From positions 160,001 to 224,000 of IMG/VR virus record IMGVR_UViG_3300047321_000298: a DNA stretch of 64,000 nt. One strand, given 5' to 3'. Source of the stretch: a virus. Lineage: Duplodnaviria > Caudoviricetes. Numbering within the stretch: the first letter of the stretch is position 1; each line of letters opens with the position of its first letter. The translations under genes and the position numbers were made by a program. Positions 8,836 to 19,141 of the stretch are shown here, piece by piece. The notes below the pieces were generated by a model. It had not been told where the DNA came from and ran no database searches. It was given only the letters and a program-made list of their open reading frames with translations.

Positions 8836-9702
8836 ATGAATCTGGACACCTACACTCGCGTAGTTGGATCGACAGCCGCTGAATTTGCCGAACTGGAACT
8901 GAGTATTGACCAGCTATTTGCCTGGCAAATACTCAAAATGAATCAAATGTACGAACTGCCGATGAACCGCTTTCCGACGCTGGACGGTCTGGGCGAAACT
9001 CCGGTTCAGCGCATGCAAGGTTTCATGAAGACCCTGCAGAAAGAAATGGAAGAGGGCAAGGAAGTTCTGGCGGCTCTGGTCTATCGCGAGTGGTTGCAGA
9101 AGGGCGTAGATGTCACGCAGGAAGGTCTGCTGTCCGGTCTCATGACCAAGCTCGAAATCACGGACGACAGCCGCGCGAAGAAGGTGATTGCATTCCTTCA
9201 GCAGTACACGGTTGAGGCGCAACTCGAAGAACTGAGCCGCCAGATTCTCGTGCAGCTTGCCGATTGGCTTGGTGACATGAGCGTGTTCAATCGTTCGGAA
9301 GCCCTGAAGTATGGCATCCCGCTCGAAGGCGTTCTGGCGTGCATCATGGGCTCGAACTTCACGAAGCTGGATGAGAACGGCCAGCCGATCAAGGACGAGA
9401 ACGGCAAGTTCCTGAAGGGACCGAATTTCCTTCCGCCCGAAGATCACATCTACGCGACGCTGTTCGAAGCAGATGCGCTGCAGCAGGAAGCTTACGACCT
9501 GTCGATGAAGGTGCGCGAGCAGCAGGCGATTGCCGTGCCGGTCCTGCTCAATCCGCTGGCCGCGATTGTCGAGCGTATCGAGGAAGTTGCGGAAGCCCAG
9601 GCCGTCGATGCTGAGGAAGATGACGAAGGCGAGGAACTGGAACACGATCATGAAGCTGAGCACGCGGCCACGGCCGGTGATTCAGTCTTCGGCGCAGAGT
9701 AA
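8836..9702 (+). CDS. MazG-like / PRA-PH family NTP pyrophosphohydrolase with acidic tail
   Basis: LQKEMEEGKEV and LADWLGDM...VLACIMGSNFTKLDENGQPIKDENGKFLKGPNF; RBS cagga. Confidence 0.8.
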   Translation: MNLDTYTRVVGSTAAEFAELELSIDQLFAWQILKMNQMYELPMNRFPTLDGLGETPVQRMQGFMKTLQKEMEEGKEVLAALVYREWLQKGVDVTQEGLLSGLMTKLEITDDSRAKKVIAFLQQYTVEAQLEELSRQILVQLADWLGDMSVFNRSEALKYGIPLEGVLACIMGSNFTKLDENGQPIKDENGKFLKGPNFLPPEDHIYATLFEADALQQEAYDLSMKVREQQAIAVPVLLNPLAAIVERIEEVAEAQAVDAEEDDEGEELEHDHEAEHAATAGDSVFGAE

Positions 9703-9708
9703 GATGCC

Positions 9709-9951
9709 ATGTTCGTTTTCTACGGTGACCGCGATCTACCGCCCGAATTCATCAGGGCGTGTGAGGGCTTGGTAACCATCGCAAACAATCAGGAGCTAAC
9801 ACCTGAACAACGCGAGCGGGCGCTAAAGGAAATACGACGCATTGCCCTCAACTTATGCCGTGAGCTTCAGCCGAACAATCTGCAACGAGAGGTGACTCCG
9901 CTGATCGGCGGCACGCTGTTCGATGATGTGTACTGGGTTCGAAAAGAGTGA
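9709..9951 (+). CDS. hypothetical protein
   Basis: ORF followed by terminator. Confidence 0.6.
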   Translation: MFVFYGDRDLPPEFIRACEGLVTIANNQELTPEQRERALKEIRRIALNLCRELQPNNLQREVTPLIGGTLFDDVYWVRKE

Positions 9952-9956
9952 AAACG

Positions 9957-9983
9957 GCCGGGGCCTAAAAATCCCGGCTTTTT
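9957..9983 (+). terminator. intrinsic terminator
   Basis: gccggg-N9-cccggc-T run, directly before promoter 9997. Confidence 0.7.
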
Positions 9984-11674
9984 CTTCATTCTGTTGTTGA
10001 CGCTTTGTGCAGCACGTGTACAATAGATTCTGTTGGATGTGAAACGAACCAGGAGCTAGAAATGACCAAGATCGATCAGTTGGAAGCGCAAGTTCGCGAG
10101 ACGTTCGCTTTGGGTCACGAGCGTGCGTATGTCGAAGCCGGTATCTACAAGTTCTACATGCCCAACACGATCTTGGCTTTACAGAAGCGCGGCTACAAGG
10201 TTGAAAGTCCGAAGGTTGGTGTTTATTACGTCTACCCGAAAGGTGCTTAAATGTCCGTGATCCAAGCCCAAGAAGAATTCATTGCTCAGGTCAACGCGTG
10301 TGTGCGGCCGGGTGACAGGCAACACCGAGTGAAACGCTCAGCTAACCGGAAGCTCGCTGACTATCTGAATGCGGTGGGCTACACCGCAGAACAGATCAGG
10401 CAAGCGCAGATCGACGCGTGGGATGTGGCAGAACTTGAGAATAGAGCGGACTGATCAATGGCTTCCGATGACGAAGAAATGATTTGCAGTATCTGCAGCA
10501 AGCCGATCCTGGATGGAGAAGGCCGGTACACCGCTGGCGAGCACAGGGGCATATTCCGGCACTGGGACTGCTACAAGCCCGATCTGGACAAGATTGACCG
10601 GCTAATGAAGGAGTTGAAGTCCGACATCGACAGCTTGGGGCCCATAAAGAAACGCAGGAGCCCCTGCCGCCCCGGGGATGGACCCACGGCCAAGCGTCTC
10701 GGTCTGAAGATCGTGAAGGCTCTTAAACGCCAGCTTGACCTGGATGTGACCATCGATCATCTGGATTTCTGGGTTCAGCCTCCAACATACCGTGGTCCCC
10801 GATGGGACCTAGCAATATGGGGCTGCACAGTTGAGCACCCGGATATTGTGGGTGGCAGGCTCATGCTTCATTCGTGGGAGCCCATGACCAAACTCGCGAA
10901 GCAGGAGACGGTGACGTTATTCCCCGAAGGCGTTCTAACTTTCGACGTTGGCTAAGTTTTTTGTTGACGGTTTGTGCGCGACGTGTACAATGGGTTCTGT
11001 AGTGAGTGATCTGAAACGAAACGGGGAACGAAATGGACTACGCAGCTAACCTTGCTCTCTTCCTTCAAGAAAAGACCGGAACGATTTTCGGTGAATGGGA
11101 TGGGCGGATGACCGCAGCAGAGCAGCGTGCGTTGTTCGGTCGCTTTCTCGGAAAGGGATTGCTCTGTATCAACGGTTTGACTGAAGTGGTGGAACACCAT
11201 GTCAAGGTCTGTTTTGGAACGGACAGCGATTGCACCGCACGTGTCGCCTGGCGCGATCTGAAGTAAAAAGGATAAATGATGAGCAGCCTTCTTAAAACAG
11301 CAAGCTGGGTCATTCGCAACATCGAGACTCAGGAAGTCGTGATGGAGACGTTCAACGAAAACCTCGTGGCGAAATTGAACGTCGCGAAGTACGAAGCTGT
11401 GCCGATCCTCGAATATCTTCAAAGCCTCAACCGGAGCTAAAAACATGTTCGGAAAATCGATTTCGCGTCACGCCTACTCGCTGGATAAGCGAGATGCCAA
11501 GATGGCTGCGTGTCGTGGGTTGCTTAACCGCGCACGAATCTCGCGGAACCACGTGGAGATCACCCGGTTGACGCGCGAACTGAAACTTCTTGGTCAAAGT
11601 ATTTGTTGACGTTCTGTGCACGACCTGTATAATGGGTCTTGTTGGATGTGACTCGAAACGAACCGGAGAACGAG

Positions 11675-12169
11675 ATGGCTTTTATGGACCAAATCAAGAA
11701 GGCAAAGATCGCGGCGGCCCTCAAGAAGGTGATGCCTAACGACTGGAAGTACAGCCTGGCGGTTCGGCACCACAGCCGGATTGTGTTGACCATCAAGCAA
11801 GCTCCGGTTGATCTGATCGGTATCATCAACGCGAAGAACAAGGCGTACGCAGAGAAGTGGGGTGAGGATTTTCGGGAGTGCAGCGACTACGTACAGTTGA
11901 GCCCCTACCACCTCGAACGGAACTACGAGGGTGACGTGCTCAAGGTCCTCGAAGCTGCGAAGGCCGCACTGTACAGCGCTGACTACTACGACCACAGCGA
12001 CGCGCAAACCGACTATTTCAACTGCGCGTACTACGTCGATATGAACATCGGCAAGTGGAACAAGCCGTTTGTGTGCAGCGCAAAGGCGAAGGGCGAACCG
12101 GATAACGGCAACAAGTTCGCGAAGTTCATGGAGCAGGTTCTCAGCCCGGTCGAAATGCTTGACGAATAA
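11675..12169 (+). CDS. conserved-type phage protein, possibly LPD29-like
   Basis: YDHSDAQTDYFNCAYY resembles the D-x-x-T-D-Y-F signature; from memory only. Confidence 0.4.
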   Translation: MAFMDQIKKAKIAAALKKVMPNDWKYSLAVRHHSRIVLTIKQAPVDLIGIINAKNKAYAEKWGEDFRECSDYVQLSPYHLERNYEGDVLKVLEAAKAALYSADYYDHSDAQTDYFNCAYYVDMNIGKWNKPFVCSAKAKGEPDNGNKFAKFMEQVLSPVEMLDE

Positions 12170-12174
12170 ACAAC

Positions 12175-12198
12175 GGGGCCTACAAGGGCCCCATTTTT
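12175..12198 (+). terminator. intrinsic terminator
   Basis: ggggcc-N6-ggcccc-attttt before promoter 12209. Confidence 0.65.
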
Positions 12199-14525
12199 CG
12201 CTTCTGTGTTGACGTTTTGTGCTGTCTCTGTATAGTAAATCCTGTAAACGCAAAAAGAACTGAGGACAACATCATGCCTAGCAGTAAATATGAATTGGAC
12301 CCGTCACTCACGTTCGAGCAGGCACAGGAAATCGCGGACAAGCTACAAGCGGCCTGGAGCGCTGCGGGCAACGCCCTGAGCGCTTTTGTCGATGCTCAGG
12401 GTCCACGGGGTCCCATGAATCTGACGCCGGATAGCGTACGGCTGATGCCTCAATATCGGACGCTTCAAAGCGAACTCCAAAGTGCACGTGTTCGAGCGCA
12501 ACGTTTCGGTGCGTTGTACACGCGGAAGTTCAAGAAAGAAATCCGCGATTCCGTGATGGCACGTCGGAAAGCGATGATGAAAGCGAACCAGGAAAACGAA
12601 AGTGAACAATCTTAACGGCGATGACCAGGCGCAAACGAAAGACGCATGGCCCATGCTGAAGCCGCTGCACTTGGAGGCTCTTATGTTTGCGTACAACGAG
12701 GGCTACTCAAAAGCGTTCGATGGGCGAATGTTCCCGAACCCGTTTGTGGAGTCTGGTTCGCAGGCTGCAGCATGGGCTCTTGGCACACGTGACGGCACAG
12801 AGGCGCGCAATAAGTCGCAGGCTCAGGCAGACATGCTTCCCGAATTGCGACTGTATGCGTTTGCTCTGGCGACATCAGTTACGAGCAACAAGCATGCGAC
12901 TACGGCCATGAAAAAGCTGGCTGACTCCATGCTGAAACTTTTGAACAAGTGAGAGGAAATTATGGGCGTTCGGACAACAGCGGATGAGAAAGTTGAATCG
13001 GCACTCGAAAACATCAACAACGCGATCCAATCCCTGTCTGACATCGTGGTCAACCAGTGTTGGGGTCACGATTCGTGGAACGTAGAGTACCGCGCAAAAC
13101 TGGAAGAGTCGTTCCTGTCGCTGATGGAAATTCGAAAAAAGCTTGAGGGTTGTTGACGTTTTGTGCGGCGCTCTGTACAATCGTTCCTGTAGTGATTCGA
13201 GACGAACCAGGAGAACGAAATGTTGGCACTGAGCGCGTGTGAATACCGGAAGGCAAGCAAAACTCTCGTTGTTTCTTCTGCTCTGGTTGGTCCCGGTTTT
13301 CCTCGCAAGATCGAAGTGAAGAGCCACCACACTGGCTCGGTAGTCGAGTTCGAAGTTGACGTTGAAGCGGGTATCGCTGCTGAATTCTGGGATGGTGAGA
13401 TGTGCGAGTATGTTCCGGTCGAACCGGTACCCAACGTCGTCAAGCTCGTTGTCTCCAACTTCTGCTGAGAAAAATCATGTACCTCGTTCAAGTGACCTAT
13501 TGGGAAACGGTGAATGGGACTCGTGCTTGGGTGAACGAGCACGAACTTCAGGTTGTGGATCAACAGCAGTTGGATGTCGAAATCGACGTAGAGAACGTTA
13601 GTCTTCGGATGAAGAACGCGGGCTACGATGAGGTTGTGATTTCGTGCGCCGGTCTGGATTTTTTCCGAACACTCAAATAACAGAACATGACCATTTTTAA
13701 AGATTTCGCCGTGCTCGCTGATTTGAAAAAGCAGTATGAAGATCAGCAGGCACGAATCGACGCGTTGGTTGATGCGCAGGAGCAATTGAGCCTCCGCATT
13801 CGTAGGGCTTCGCGGGTTAAAGAAGTAACGAAAGATGGGATAGCCCTGGACACGACCGTAGCTTTTCTGAAACGCGAGGGCGGTTACGCATCCACGGTTC
13901 CGCTGCACGACGAAGACGGACGCCGGACCGTTGACGTTTACCAGAAGCGGGGCGCACACCACAAAGGGTGGGCAGTTAAGGTCAACTCGTTCGGAGGCTT
14001 CAAAGAGGAATTCTACGGCGGTAAAGTTTTAGGTCTGGACGCAGCGTGGAGTAAATCGAAGGCCGCGCGTGTAGCTATTGCGTGGCTAACGTTTGGAAAA
14101 ATCCTGGAGGATCAAGCGAATGACGTTGCAACAACCTAAAGACAAGCCCCATAAAGTCTTCGAGAAAATACGTTTGTCAAAAGCATTGTCGTCTATTCAG
14201 CTACGCGCTGAGCGGGCACTAGCCCGGTATCAGGATGACGGTATCGACCTGAGCCCCACGGATATGGTGCTTCTGAAACAGATTATCCATGCGGATGATC
14301 TGGATGAAGTGCATCTGATCTGCGCTGAGCGCTTGGGTCACGACGACGAAGCGAAGAAGCTGCGCACGTGTATTTCAGGTAAGGCTGAGCGTGGGGACGG
14401 AAGGGCGATAGGTATCGTCCTGTAGTCCAAGCGTTCAATTTCATGATTGAAAATCTAACAGGGTATTCAACCAGAATCTGAACCGTTCAGGTGTCTGGGT
14501 TTGTGAACTTCAGGATGAGTAAATC

Positions 14526-16079
14526 ATGAAACTTAATGCAGCGTCACGCTTGACCGCTAACTGGTGGGACAATCTCGGACCGGATGGTCAGGCCCAATAC
14601 CTCAAGGACCACCCGAACTCGGAGAAAGCCAAGGAAGCCCGCCAGCAACAGCAGAAGACTGGCGAGAAGCCAAAGGCTGAAGAGAAGCCGAAAAAGGAAG
14701 AGCCACAGAAGCAAACTCCGAAGGCTGACGACGAGCCGGACGCAGAAGGGAAAAAACAGAAGCCGGAACCGGAGCAGAAAAAGCCGGAACCAAAGGCTGA
14801 CGATTCCGAGCAGAAGCAACCGGAACCAAAGGCTGACGAACCGGCCGCACAGGAGCCGAAAGCCGCACCCGGGATCGATGAGAAGCCGAAGCAAAAACCG
14901 CTCGCTCCTGGCCGCCCGTTGGCAGACTTTGCGAAAGAACGCGACGATCCGACCTTCACTGCGGAGAAGCTGTTCGCAAAGCTGAAGCCTGAGGATGCTC
15001 AGGAAATCAAGGACAAGACGCAACAGGCGATGCGCCTGCCGCCGTCCGACAAGGAATACATCAAGAACGGCGAGTACACTCCGGAACGCAAACGGCTGCA
15101 CCAGGAGATTACCCGCAAGATTCTCACACCGGACCGCATCAAGGCCGCGACGCCAAAGCCTGGCGAGAACCCGACGTTCATCGTGCTCGGTGGGCGTGGG
15201 GGTTCTGGCAAATCTTCGTTCACGCATAACGAGGAAACCGGCGCACCTGCGACAGTCAGCGAGTTCGATTCGTCCAAGTTCCTGACGCTGGACGCGGATG
15301 CGATCAAGCAGATGCTGTATCCGCCGTATGAAGGCTGGAACGCGAACCAGGTGCACGAAGAATCGTCCGAACTGTTCGATCAGATCATGAAGACGGCGCA
15401 AGGCATGGGTCTTAACATCATCTCGGATGCGACGCTCAAGTCAGACAAGATGGGCTCGCAGTTGGAAGAACTCGCAGCGAAGGGTTACGACATCGAGGGG
15501 CACTACATGTACCTGCCGCGTCAGAAAGCTGCTGAGCGCGCTTGCGGACGCTACCTGAAGGATGGCCCGGGTAACCGGGGCCGTCTGGTGCCGCCTGAGG
15601 TTATCTTGGGCAACGTCAACAACGAAGCGAACTTCGACAAGCTGAAGAAATATTTCAAGCGCTGGTCGGCCTACAACAACGATGTGGCTCGTGGCGAAAA
15701 TCCGCAGTTGATTGACCATTCCGATTTGAATCCGAAGAAGACTGATGCACGAGTCGTCAAATCGTCATATAATCGAAGCGTCGTAAAGGCACACCAGCTT
15801 CTTTTTGGTGGCCTGCGTAGGCTTTTGCTGGCAGATAACGAGGGGGCCGATATGGGCACTCAGGAACAAGAACAACCGCAATATACCGCCGACTCGTGGG
15901 AAAACGATCCGTATCTCACGAACAATCCTGAACGTGAAGCGCGGGTGAAGCGTGACACGTACCCGATGATGAAGGCGCTTGGTATCCGGACCTCGCAAGT
16001 CAAGGACCCGCAGACGAAAGCTGAGTACATCGCCTATCTCAAGGGCGAACAGGGTGCTAAGGACGAACAGAGCGAGTGA
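14526..16079 (+). CDS. zeta-toxin-family P-loop kinase with shared leader peptide, WW..HP motif and K/E/P-rich linker
   Basis: Leader MKLNAASRLTA; FIVLGGRGGSGKS Walker A, DADAIK, VHEESS, ISDATL, GRLVP. Confidence 0.85.
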   Translation: MKLNAASRLTANWWDNLGPDGQAQYLKDHPNSEKAKEARQQQQKTGEKPKAEEKPKKEEPQKQTPKADDEPDAEGKKQKPEPEQKKPEPKADDSEQKQPEPKADEPAAQEPKAAPGIDEKPKQKPLAPGRPLADFAKERDDPTFTAEKLFAKLKPEDAQEIKDKTQQAMRLPPSDKEYIKNGEYTPERKRLHQEITRKILTPDRIKAATPKPGENPTFIVLGGRGGSGKSSFTHNEETGAPATVSEFDSSKFLTLDADAIKQMLYPPYEGWNANQVHEESSELFDQIMKTAQGMGLNIISDATLKSDKMGSQLEELAAKGYDIEGHYMYLPRQKAAERACGRYLKDGPGNRGRLVPPEVILGNVNNEANFDKLKKYFKRWSAYNNDVARGENPQLIDHSDLNPKKTDARVVKSSYNRSVVKAHQLLFGGLRRLLLADNEGADMGTQEQEQPQYTADSWENDPYLTNNPEREARVKRDTYPMMKALGIRTSQVKDPQTKAEYIAYLKGEQGAKDEQSE

Positions 16080-16082
16080 TCT

Positions 16083-16586
16083 ATGACCTTCATCCAGCGT
16101 CTACTGGCAACAGCAGACGGGGAAGAGGATCAGGGGCCACTGGCTGACACTGAATATTGGGCAAAACGCGGCGCAGGTTGTGTGCTAATGGCACAGTCTA
16201 CGCTGCGTTTTCTTTTGCCCATGCGCTCCGCACAGGTTTCCGAACCCCACACCTACGGCACGTGGGGTGGCGGAATCGACGGATCAGAAAGTCCTGGGGC
16301 ATCCGTTCGTCGCGAGCTACGCGAAGAAGCCGGTTATGTCGGTGTTTCCTCCCTTTACCCGTTGCTCGTCTATCGCGATCTTGATCAAGGTCGCGTCTAT
16401 CACAATTTCCTCGCCGTCGTCCCTGAAGAGTTCGAGCCCGTTCTGAACTGGGAGACGGAACACGCAATATGGGTGCCATTTGACGAATTCCATCAACCTC
16501 TGCATCCGGGGTTGGAGTCCTTGCTGAAAGACCCGTATTCAATACGAACGATCAATTCGCATATGGAGCGGGCTTATCATGTATAG
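16083..16586 (+). CDS. Nudix hydrolase
   Basis: GGGIDGSESPGASVRRELREEAG Nudix box; N-terminus MTFIQRLLATA. Confidence 0.9.
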   Translation: MTFIQRLLATADGEEDQGPLADTEYWAKRGAGCVLMAQSTLRFLLPMRSAQVSEPHTYGTWGGGIDGSESPGASVRRELREEAGYVGVSSLYPLLVYRDLDQGRVYHNFLAVVPEEFEPVLNWETEHAIWVPFDEFHQPLHPGLESLLKDPYSIRTINSHMERAYHV

Positions 16587-16784
16587 GATACATTGGCAGT
16601 GGGTTGTAATTAATGGCGCAGTATCAACGGCCGATATGTTCGTCACGGTATTTTCGCTCATTGTCATCTCACAATGCATTCCGTGTTTTGCGATTCAGCT
16701 TGTTTCGTCGCTGTTTATCCGACAGCCCTACGAACACTGCCTGAGAGCTAAACGCCGGTCCCGTTATATCCAAAGGGTGGCGAC

Positions 16785-17291
16785 ATGAATGCAGCGCACA
16801 GACTTTTAGCTACCGCCATTCATCCGGAAGTTCAGCATATGGTGGATACAACGCTCAAGATGCTAAAGCGGAAGTTTCCGAAAGTCCCCAAAAAGCTGAA
16901 GGTTGTTTTTGAAAGGCGGGTGGGCGCTACGTTCGATCCGTGGGACTGGGAACTCAAGATGTCTGACTACGGGCTCGATCAGCCGCTGCACGTGGTAGAT
17001 AAAGAGGAAGATCAGGCTCAAGGCCCCGGAACCCTCCAGTACGGTCTGGAGGGCACCCTAATCCACGAATTCGGGCACGCGGTCAACGCAACGATCATCA
17101 AGCTCCACAGGCAGGACGATGACGCTCTGGGCGCATGGCAGCAGACGAAGCATGAATTGGAGCAAAAGCTAGGACACCCATCGGCCTACGCGAAGAAAAA
17201 CAATAGCGAGTGGTTTGCTGAACAGTTCCTGTACGAGATGAAGGGCCACGGGCATGCGCTGCTCGATGCAATCCAAGAGTGGAGCAAATAA
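16785..17291 (+). CDS. HExxH zincin-like metallopeptidase with leader peptide
   Basis: MNAAHRLLATA; LIHEFGHAV and SAYAKKNNSEWFAE. Confidence 0.75.
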   Translation: MNAAHRLLATAIHPEVQHMVDTTLKMLKRKFPKVPKKLKVVFERRVGATFDPWDWELKMSDYGLDQPLHVVDKEEDQAQGPGTLQYGLEGTLIHEFGHAVNATIIKLHRQDDDALGAWQQTKHELEQKLGHPSAYAKKNNSEWFAEQFLYEMKGHGHALLDAIQEWSK

Positions 17292-17878
17292 TGAAGATAC
17301 ACGCAGCGCAACGATTGCTCGGCTCCGCGTGGCAGGGGCACTTCAAGCTGGAGCTACCGGACGCCGTACGCGAAGAAATCCACGACATCATGAACAAGCT
17401 GTCCGCAGATTTCCCCACGCTGGCACATATCAACATCGAAGCTGGCGATCCGGAGTGGATGGAGAATATTCTCGCAACGAAGAGTCTGACGGCGCTGTAC
17501 CTGAACGCTCATTATTTTCAGGACCCCGAAAAGCTGCGTGTGCATTTCGAGAACTGGAAGGGTTTGCAGGTTGAACCAACGCTGACGGGCACGATTATCC
17601 ACGAGTGCGGACACATTCTGGCCAATCAGGTGCTGCAAAAAGCGGGCGCGCGTAAATTCAATAACGTACTAAAGAAACACCTGAGTGATCTTAACGGCAT
17701 CTGGAATTATGAGAGTCCCTCGTCCTACGGCCAGGAGAACACCTCAGAATTTCTCGCTGAAGCGTTCGTTGCACATTATCTCGGCAAACACGCGTGGGAC
17801 CCGATAGGTGAGTTCGGAACAATGTCTATGGCAACCAGCAATGCAGTCTGGACAGCCATGCGCAAACTTTTGAAATAG
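17291..17878 (+). CDS. HExxH zincin-like metallopeptidase with leader peptide
   Basis: TAATG coupling; MKIHAAQRLLGSA; IIHECGHIL and SSYGQENTSEFLAEAF. Confidence 0.75.
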   Translation: MKIHAAQRLLGSAWQGHFKLELPDAVREEIHDIMNKLSADFPTLAHINIEAGDPEWMENILATKSLTALYLNAHYFQDPEKLRVHFENWKGLQVEPTLTGTIIHECGHILANQVLQKAGARKFNNVLKKHLSDLNGIWNYESPSSYGQENTSEFLAEAFVAHYLGKHAWDPIGEFGTMSMATSNAVWTAMRKLLK

Positions 17879-17887
17879 GAGATTAGC

Positions 17888-18283
17888 TTGACTACAGGAA
17901 TCAATGCGGCGCATCGGCTAATCGCAGCCTCTGCTGAAGATGCGATACGCGAAGCAATCAACAACGCACCCAACCAGCACATCGGCAAGCCGTTCCCTGT
18001 CGTCACTCACTTCAACGGCGTGACGGTCCCCTTTATGGCCTACATCACGCGTATCGCTAACTCTGCGGAGCAGATGCGCGGGTCTTTCACCAAGGTCACT
18101 CTGACAACGGTGAAATGGGGCTTGCTGATCAAGGGTCATCCAAAGTGCTGGATTGCGGCGCACTACATACTGGATCAAAAGAACCGGCTGAAGGAAAGCG
18201 GCTTACCGTCGCGTATCGAAGACCACGAAGCCGAAAAATTCTTCCACGACTGCGGTGTTCCGGTTCCTCCCCATCTCCAGTAA
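17888..18283 (+). CDS. hypothetical protein with leader peptide
   Basis: TTG start, RBS aggag; MTTGINAAHRLIAAS. Confidence 0.7.
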   Translation: MTTGINAAHRLIAASAEDAIREAINNAPNQHIGKPFPVVTHFNGVTVPFMAYITRIANSAEQMRGSFTKVTLTTVKWGLLIKGHPKCWIAAHYILDQKNRLKESGLPSRIEDHEAEKFFHDCGVPVPPHLQ

Positions 18284-18318
18284 ATAAAAAGTAGGTACAC
18301 AAAAACTGGGGTGGCAGA

Positions 18319-18765
18319 GTGGCAAAGCAGGCTGATGAAGATCGCATGGCTATGGACATCGCGTATCTGGCGGCTGAACGGTCTCATGATCCTAAGCATG
18401 GAGTCGGGTGTGCAATTGTGACACCCGACCACATGATTACGCTGGGCTGGAACGGGATGCCTCAAGGTATGGACAACCAGATGCGCGAGCCGCGTCTCGT
18501 GCGAACCGCTTGTGGCTGTCTGCATTTCCAGGACAAGACCAAGCCGGAAGTCATGCATGCCGAGTTCAACGCTCTATCGAAGTTCGTCGGATCGACAGCT
18601 TCCACAGAAAACGCAAAACTCTACACGACGTTGAGCCCGTGTCTCCCGTGCGCGATATTCGCACATCGAGCCAAGATCGAACGCGTGATCTACGACCAGG
18701 TGTACCTGGACGGGGCAGGAATTGAATTTCTGCTTGAACGGGGAATAGTAGTCACGAGGATTTGA
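18319..18765 (+). CDS. dCMP deaminase
   Basis: HAEFNAL and TLSPCLPCA zinc motifs; GWNGMP. Confidence 0.92.
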   Translation: MAKQADEDRMAMDIAYLAAERSHDPKHGVGCAIVTPDHMITLGWNGMPQGMDNQMREPRLVRTACGCLHFQDKTKPEVMHAEFNALSKFVGSTASTENAKLYTTLSPCLPCAIFAHRAKIERVIYDQVYLDGAGIEFLLERGIVVTRI

Positions 18766-18768
18766 TCA

Positions 18769-19068
18769 ATGGGTGGGTATGTATTTGACGGGATAGGTTC
18801 AGCAGCGAGAGAAGCACAACGACTCGAAGCGTGGACAGCGGTTAGAGAGGGGCTCCACGGCATCAACGGACAGTGGTTGACCAACTACCATGAGCAGTCG
18901 GTGACGTTCAGGCACAGGAGGCGAGGGCACAACGTAAGGGTAACGCTAGCTGGCGAGGTCTACACTGACCTGAAGTTGCGCGCAGGAGCGTACAAATCGA
19001 ACGTTCACAAGTCTGATCTGAAGTCGGCGCTGATCTACACCAGGCAATTTCTCGAAGAGCACGTATGA
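18769..19068 (+). CDS. hypothetical protein
   Basis: ORF followed by terminator. Confidence 0.6.
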   Translation: MGGYVFDGIGSAAREAQRLEAWTAVREGLHGINGQWLTNYHEQSVTFRHRRRGHNVRVTLAGEVYTDLKLRAGAYKSNVHKSDLKSALIYTRQFLEEHV

Positions 19069-19071
19069 ACG

Positions 19072-19096
19072 AAGCCCGCCATAGAGCGGGCTTTTT
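19072..19096 (+). terminator. intrinsic terminator
   Basis: aagcccgc-N6-gcgggctt-ttt. Confidence 0.75.
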
Positions 19097-19141
19097 CATT
19101 TCAATTTCATAGCATCGACTACAAATTAGTGAGGTGCCACA

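Larger units (their letters stand above)
9997..13181 (+). promoter_or_regulatory. five sigma70 promoters carrying the 15-bp TTGACGNTTTGTGC element (left early cluster)
   Basis: -35/-10 pairs at 9997/10019, 10964/10986, 11606/11628, 12209/12231, 13153/13176; spacers 16-17 nt; -10 = TACAAT, TATAAT or TATAGT. Confidence 0.85.
10062..14425 (+). other. cluster of small early-type hypothetical genes
   Basis: CDS 10062-10250, 10251-10454, 10458-10955, 11033-11266, 11276-11440, 11445-11609, 11675-12169, 12274-12615, 12602-12952, 12962-13156, 13220-13468, 13477-13680, 13687-14139, 14120-14425; tightly packed with RBSs. Confidence 0.75.
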
